A stretch of DNA of 64,000 nucleotides, taken from NCBI GenBank assembly GCA_963821635.1, contig CAWGEP010000007.1, forward strand, positions 47,087 to 111,086, given 5' to 3'. The notes beneath the pieces were generated by a model. It saw only the letters and a list, made by a program, of their open reading frames with translations. It had not been told where the DNA came from and ran no database searches. Source of the DNA: an uncultured bacterium. GTDB lineage: Bacteria > Zixibacteria > MSB-5A5 > GN15 > FEB-12. Below are positions 58,978 to 64,000 of the stretch, in pieces (position 1 is the first letter of the stretch; each line of letters opens with the position of its first letter). Made by a program: the position numbers and the translations under genes.

Positions 58978-59748
58978 CTACACACCTGCCTTTGATGCTA
59001 CACTGTTATCCAGCCAGTCGTACCCCTGGTCTTCGAGTTTGAGAGCCAGCTCCGGCCCTCCTGATTTGACGAATTTCCCGGCCATCATCACATGCACGAA
59101 ATGCGGTTTGATATAGTTCAGGAGACGCTGATAATGCGTCACCATGAGAATGCCGTTCTTGTCGGTATGAAAGCGATTAATCCCTTCAGCCACCGTCTTG
59201 AGGGCGTCAATATCCAACCCGGAATCGGTCTCATCGAGAATCGCCATTTTGGGCTGGAGAACCGCCATCTGAAGGATCTCAATTCGCTTCTTCTCCCCGC
59301 CGGAGAAGCCGTCATTGAGGTAACGCGTGGCAAAGACTTCCTCGATATCCAGCGCCGCCATTTCCGCCTTCAGTAATTTGCGGAAGTCAGACATGTCGGC
59401 CTCTTTGCCGCGATGCGCCTGGAGCGCCGATCTCAAGAAATTCGCGACCGTCACACCCGGAATGGCCAGCGGATACTGGAATGCAAGGAAGAGGCCGGCC
59501 CGCGACCGCTCGTCGGCCGCCATTTGGGTGATATCGATGCCATTGATTTTCGCCTGCCCCTTGGTGATCTGGTACGAGGGATGCCCCATCAGGGCGTTCG
59601 ACAGGGAAGACTTCCCGGAGCCGTTCGGCCCCATAATGGCATGGATTTCTCCCGGATATACATTAAGCGAGATCCCGGCAACCACCTGTTTGCCGTCGAC
59701 CTCGACATGAACGTCGGTGAATTCAAAGAGCGGCTTCTTATCGGCCAT
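58978..59748 (-). CDS. sufC: Fe-S cluster assembly ATPase SufC
   Basis: MGPNGSGKS, FLAFQYP, NDGFSGGEKKR, DETDSGLDIDAL, THYQRLL. Confidence 0.96.
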   Translation of the reverse strand: MADKKPLFEFTDVHVEVDGKQVVAGISLNVYPGEIHAIMGPNGSGKSSLSNALMGHPSYQITKGQAKINGIDITQMAADERSRAGLFLAFQYPLAIPGVTVANFLRSALQAHRGKEADMSDFRKLLKAEMAALDIEEVFATRYLNDGFSGGEKKRIEILQMAVLQPKMAILDETDSGLDIDALKTVAEGINRFHTDKNGILMVTHYQRLLNYIKPHFVHVMMAGKFVKSGGPELALKLEDQGYDWLDNSVASKAGV

Positions 59749-59862
59749 GACTATCGGTCCTTTCGTCTATTGTATTCTCCGGCCGGTTCGATATTCCGGA
59801 GGATTACTCTATCGGTGAAGTTGGACTCACCTTGTTTAATTCCTCTTCCAGCGCCGCATGAG

Positions 59863-60318
59863 TCAGAGCAAATGCTCCCCCGGTCGCTTGAAGATCTGCA
59901 ATTTGTCCTTGGAAATCATATCCGCCAGTGTTGTGCTGGACAGGAAATCCTGCACGTACCCTGCCAGACCACCCAGCACATCGTGGACACTGCAATTCCC
60001 GACATGCACACACTGATCCAGCAAACCCGTGTAACGGCCGCAGTGGTTGGGATCGAGCATCGGCCCCCCCAGGGCGGTCAGCACTTCGTACAGGTTTATC
60101 TCGCCGGGCTCCCGGGCGATCGTGAACCCGCCCCCACGACCACGCTCCGCCGTCACCAGGCCCGCCCGGCGAAGGATCGCCAGTAGTTTGGAGGCATAAG
60201 GGATCGAGAGCCCCTCCATCTCCGCGATGTCCGAGATCGAAAGCTGGTCTTTCGGTCCCTTCCTGGCCAACTGAAGCAAACACCTCAGGCCGTACTCTTC
60301 AACTGCTGAAATTCTCAT
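59863..60318 (-). CDS. Rrf2-family (IscR-like) transcriptional regulator of the suf operon
   Basis: EYGLRCLLQLA, AERGRGGGF; three Cys plus His (C-x9-C-x5-C-x2-H). Confidence 0.9.
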   Translation of the reverse strand: MRISAVEEYGLRCLLQLARKGPKDQLSISDIAEMEGLSIPYASKLLAILRRAGLVTAERGRGGGFTIAREPGEINLYEVLTALGGPMLDPNHCGRYTGLLDQCVHVGNCSVHDVLGGLAGYVQDFLSSTTLADMISKDKLQIFKRPGEHLL

Positions 60319-60367
60319 ACTGCCACTTTATAGGTTACTTCGCTCTATTTTTCACATTCTCCAGGAC

Positions 60368-60396
60368 AAGATACGCAATCTTTACGGAGTTGTAAA
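60368..60396 (-). promoter_or_regulatory. Candidate sigma70 promoter of the Rrf2-suf operon
   Basis: Minus strand TTTACA-N17-TATCTT. Confidence 0.5.
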
Positions 60397-60515
60397 CTAT
60401 CATCTTCAACGAAATCCATACCCGTGTGGTTCCATCTCATTGTCCCAAAAGCCATTTACCTTGCGCTCGCCTTAACTCTTTCATTAGCAGCATCTTAACC
60501 GTTCGTCCAAAATGC

Positions 60516-60857
60516 TCAAACTGGCTGCTTTCGTTGCAGATCGGGGAAGTCTCGATAAAGGGCTGATTTGAAATCGCAGACCGCCTCCCAAACGGGACGA
60601 TGAAACGCCTCCGTCTCTCCCGATCTTGCCGCTACCTGCTCGAAGGCCTTTTCGAGTTGAACCAGGTCCTGGCATTCTAAGATAATATGAAATTCTCCCA
60701 GTTCGTCCGGGCCGAACCCCAGTTTACGTCGGGTGATCTTGAACCCCGCGATGAGATCGTTCTGACGCAAGTGCCCGAGATACCCTTGGAGGTGATGACA
60801 AAACTCCAAATCCCGTTGGGAGTCCTTGAGATTGCACCAAATATGGTAGTAGTTCAT
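60516..60857 (-). CDS. Small hypothetical protein (resembles DUF6614 by eye)
   Basis: MNYYHIWCNLK..ITRRKLGFG..LGEFHI..ALYRDFPD. Confidence 0.55.
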   Translation of the reverse strand: MNYYHIWCNLKDSQRDLEFCHHLQGYLGHLRQNDLIAGFKITRRKLGFGPDELGEFHIILECQDLVQLEKAFEQVAARSGETEAFHRPVWEAVCDFKSALYRDFPDLQRKQPV

Positions 60858-61022
60858 TTCTGTCCCCGTGGATCAGTTCGTTGGCTAAATATACTCTAAT
60901 AGACCAGTCTTGTCCAAGAAAACCTCGCTCTTCTTTGTGTTGATAATCCGTTGACCTTTCGTGACTCACAGCGTAGAGTGGATGTTATTCTGCAACCTCT
61001 GAAGATCACATGAGGTGGTTCC

Positions 61023-61580
61023 ATGAAATTCGTCCTGCTCGCAACCATAGCGCTGCTCGTCTTGAGCGGCTGTATGCCTACCTTGCATCCGCTTTACACT
61101 CCGGAGACTTTGACCTCTCTGCCCGGGCTCCAGGGAAACTGGGAAAGCCTCGGAGAGGGAAACGGGTTGGAAACCTGGCGATTCTCGCAAGTTGACTCGA
61201 CCTCCTACACGCTCGAGTACACCGAGAATGAGGCGCCGGGAGAGTTCGATGCCCGGGTGGTGAAGCTCGGAGACTATCTGTTCCTCGATATTGCTCCGTT
61301 CGGTCCCGAGACAGAGAATGAAGTCTACCGCGGGCTGCTCGTTCCGGTCCACATGTTTGGTCGGCTGACCTTGATCGGTGACACACTGCAGATCGGCTGG
61401 CTCGATGGCGACTGGCTCGGCGAACAGCTCGACTCCGGGCTGGTCAAGTTGAACTATGAAAAGATGGAAGAAGACCGGCTCCTGACAGCGGCGACCATTG
61501 ACCTTCAGGCCTTCGCTCTCAAGTATGCTGCCAATCCGTCCGCCTTTCCGCCATCGACGCTTCATCGCTCCACGCAATGA
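61023..61580 (+). CDS. Hypothetical lipoprotein
   Basis: Lipobox LSGC followed by MPTLHPLY; SD GAGGTGG. Confidence 0.7.
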   Translation: MKFVLLATIALLVLSGCMPTLHPLYTPETLTSLPGLQGNWESLGEGNGLETWRFSQVDSTSYTLEYTENEAPGEFDARVVKLGDYLFLDIAPFGPETENEVYRGLLVPVHMFGRLTLIGDTLQIGWLDGDWLGEQLDSGLVKLNYEKMEEDRLLTAATIDLQAFALKYAANPSAFPPSTLHRSTQ

Positions 61581-61798
61581 GGGGCCAAAAATGCCCTTGC
61601 CAGGCAATGATTATTTGGTTAATTTTGTGAAAAACTTCACAGCTTCAGTCTATGATAGGGCATTTGGCCTCTTTGACTGATCCGGCGAAGTTGGTCCAGT
61701 CCGCAACGCTGTCGTGATATAGAGACTCGTCGAATAGTCGGACTGTGATACCGTTAAAAAAGATGAAAATGGTAGTGTCTTGCAGATAGAGTGACAAC

Positions 61799-63580
61799 AT
61801 GATGAGAGAACTTCTGTCCGGCAACGAAGCGGTGGCTCGCGGGGCCTTCGAAGCGGGAGTCGCCTTGGCTGTCTCGTATCCCGGGACTCCCAGTACGGAA
61901 ATATTGGAGACTCTGGCGGAGCAGTATCGCTCGATTTATTCCCAGTGGTCTCCCAACGAAAAGGTCGCCTTTGAAGTCGGTATCGGCGCCTCGATCGGCG
62001 GCAAGCGCGCGCTTGTCACCATGAAGCATGTCGGCCTGAATGTCGCCGCCGACCCTTACATGACTTTTGCCTATACCGGTGTCAACGGCGGCTTTGTCAT
62101 CGTCTCCTGCGATGATCCTGAGATGCATTCCTCCCAAAACGAGCAGGACAACCGCTATTATGCGCGCTTCGCCCAGATTCCGTTTCTCGCCCCGGCCGAC
62201 AGCCAGGAAGCCAAAGATATGCTCGTCACCGCCTTCGAGATGTCCGAGGCTTTTGATACTCCCGTGATGCTTCATATGAGCACCCGAATTTCCCACTCCA
62301 AGGGGATAGTTGAGTTGGGCGAAAAAAGTGCCGGGCCCGACAAGCGGTTCGTTAAGGATCCCGCCAAGTATGTGATGATCCCGTCGAACGCCCGTGGCCG
62401 CCATCTCGTTGTCACCCAGCGTATGGGCAAGCTTGAAAAGTTCGCCGAGGAAAGCCCGCTCAATGTAGTGGAAAACAATGGCTCCAGAATCGGAATCATC
62501 ACCGGAGGCGTCGCCTATCAATATGTGAAAGAAGTTGCGCCGGACCTGGACTACTTCAAGCTCGGCCTGGGGTTCCCACTGCCGATCAGGCGAATCGAGC
62601 AATTTGTAAAGAGCCACGATCTGGTGCTGGTCGTCGAAGAGCTTGAACCGTTCTACGAAGAGCAGCTCAAAATCGCCGGGCTGAAGGTCGAGGGGAAGAA
62701 ATACTTCAATCGTCTTGGCGAGCTTTCGCCCAGCCGGGTCGCCAAGGGGCTCAAGTCAGCTGGAATCGTGAAAGAGGTTGCGGAACCGACTTTCGATGCC
62801 GGCGATTTGTTTCCCCGCCCGCCGGTCCTTTGCCCCGGCTGCCCGCATCGCGGCGCCTTCATGGCGTTAAAGAAACTCGGCGTGGCGGTGACCGGCGATA
62901 TCGGCTGCTATACCCTTGGCGTCATGGAGCCGCTCAATGCCCTCGACACCTGTATCTGCATGGGAGCTTCGATCGGCAGTGCCATCGGCATGGAAAAGGT
63001 CAAAGGCTCTGAGAAGGGGACCGTCGCCGTCATCGGCGATTCCACCTTCATTCACTCCGGGATCACCGGTCTGCTCGATGCTGTCTACAACAAAAGCAAT
63101 GTGACGGTCATAATTCTTGACAACCGGGCCACTGCCATGACCGGCGGTCAGCAGCATCCCGCCACCGGCCAAACCCTGATGGGTGAACCAACCACCCGGG
63201 TCGATCTCCCGACCCTCTGTCGCGCACTTGGGGTAAACAGTGTCCGCGAGCTTGATGCCTACGAATATGACACTGCCTTGGCCACCATAAAGGAAGAGAT
63301 GGATCGCCCGGGACCATCGGTGATAATCACGACCCGGCCCTGTGTCCTGATGCCGAAGCGCATTATGGATGAGCCGTACGTGGTCGATTTGGATCTCTGC
63401 ACCGCCTGTGGTGCCTGTTTTAGGATTTCCTGCCCGGCCATTGCGGCCTCCCCGCTGACCAACAAGCACGGACACCCCAAAGCGATCATCGATGACACCC
63501 TGTGCACTGGCTGCACGCTGTGTGCGCAGGTCTGTCCCCCGGAAGCCATTATCCTAAGAAGTCAGTTTGTCAAAGCGTGA
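61799..63580 (+). CDS. iorA: Indolepyruvate:ferredoxin oxidoreductase alpha subunit
   Basis: LSGNEAVARG, YPGTPSTEI, MKHVGLNVAAD, LCPGCPHR, GDIGCY, GDSTF, two 4Fe-4S motifs. Confidence 0.96.
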   Translation: MMRELLSGNEAVARGAFEAGVALAVSYPGTPSTEILETLAEQYRSIYSQWSPNEKVAFEVGIGASIGGKRALVTMKHVGLNVAADPYMTFAYTGVNGGFVIVSCDDPEMHSSQNEQDNRYYARFAQIPFLAPADSQEAKDMLVTAFEMSEAFDTPVMLHMSTRISHSKGIVELGEKSAGPDKRFVKDPAKYVMIPSNARGRHLVVTQRMGKLEKFAEESPLNVVENNGSRIGIITGGVAYQYVKEVAPDLDYFKLGLGFPLPIRRIEQFVKSHDLVLVVEELEPFYEEQLKIAGLKVEGKKYFNRLGELSPSRVAKGLKSAGIVKEVAEPTFDAGDLFPRPPVLCPGCPHRGAFMALKKLGVAVTGDIGCYTLGVMEPLNALDTCICMGASIGSAIGMEKVKGSEKGTVAVIGDSTFIHSGITGLLDAVYNKSNVTVIILDNRATAMTGGQQHPATGQTLMGEPTTRVDLPTLCRALGVNSVRELDAYEYDTALATIKEEMDRPGPSVIITTRPCVLMPKRIMDEPYVVDLDLCTACGACFRISCPAIAASPLTNKHGHPKAIIDDTLCTGCTLCAQVCPPEAIILRSQFVKA

Positions 63581-63587
63581 GGACACG

Positions 63588-64000
63588 ATGAAAGAGAATA
63601 CATTCGATATACTTATCGTAGGTGTCGGTGGGCAGGGGGTTCTGCTCGCCTCAGAAATCCTATCCGATGCTGCCATGCGGGCGGGGCTCGATGTGAAGAA
63701 ATCTGAGATCCATGGCATGTCTCAAAGGGGCGGCGTCGTCTCCTCGCATGTTCGAATCGCCCCCAAAGTCTACTCGCCCACGATTCAAGAGGGCCAGGCT
63801 GACGTGCTAATGTCATTCGAGCAGGCCGAAGGGCTGCGTGCGATCAATTGGCTGAAACCGACCGGCATCGCTATCGTTTCCCGAACCACTCTCATACCGG
63901 CGATCGTGACCTCTTCGAAGAAGTTCAGTTACCCGCTCGATGCCGTCGCCGACATGAGAAAGCAAGTGCATACGGTAATTGCAGTCGAAGCCGACAAGAT
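63588..64000 (+). CDS. iorB: Indolepyruvate:ferredoxin oxidoreductase beta subunit (partial, runs off the window)
   Basis: Hand translation MKENTFDILIVGVGGQGVLLASEIL..KKSEIHGMSQRGG. Confidence 0.92.
   Translation, partial: MKENTFDILIVGVGGQGVLLASEILSDAAMRAGLDVKKSEIHGMSQRGGVVSSHVRIAPKVYSPTIQEGQADVLMSFEQAEGLRAINWLKPTGIAIVSRTTLIPAIVTSSKKFSYPLDAVADMRKQVHTVIAVEADK

Overview
Bacterial chromosomal window. The C-terminal double-dockerin-like 'CC..LRGNVNG..VDLGDLSALVSYLTGGG' tag on one protein suggests a Zixibacteria-like FCB organism (inference only). Order: (1) ZAS anti-sigma factor with PspC/LiaF-like envelope-stress genes; (2) orphan amino-acid binding protein, cmk-plsC-rpsA and mtaB; (3) a ~25 kb flagellar cluster (motE-like, fliK, flgD, TIGR02530, flgE, flbD, fliLMNOPQR, flhBAFG, fliA) with no motAB or che genes, running into an unusual signalling cassette (DUF2225, three PilZ proteins, a secreted protein, a GAF-DHp protein with no kinase domain, a 123-aa degenerate chemoreceptor-tip protein, two single-domain receivers, FapA); (4) tRNA-Ser(GCT) followed by accessory surface genes (AsnB-like, PEP-CTERM, RimJ-like, Wzx, O-methyltransferase, FG-GAP/dockerin protein, type IV pilin); (5) M13 peptidase, ettA and two convergent ABC export systems; (6) an Rrf2-sufCBD-Rieske-sufSUT operon; (7) iorA and partial iorB. 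Candidate sigma54, sigma28, ECF and sigma70 promoters and structured leaders before flgE and fliP are visible. Eight single-base frameshifts in seven genes, including sufB and flhB, most likely reflect consensus errors. All family calls come from motif recognition by eye, not database searches.
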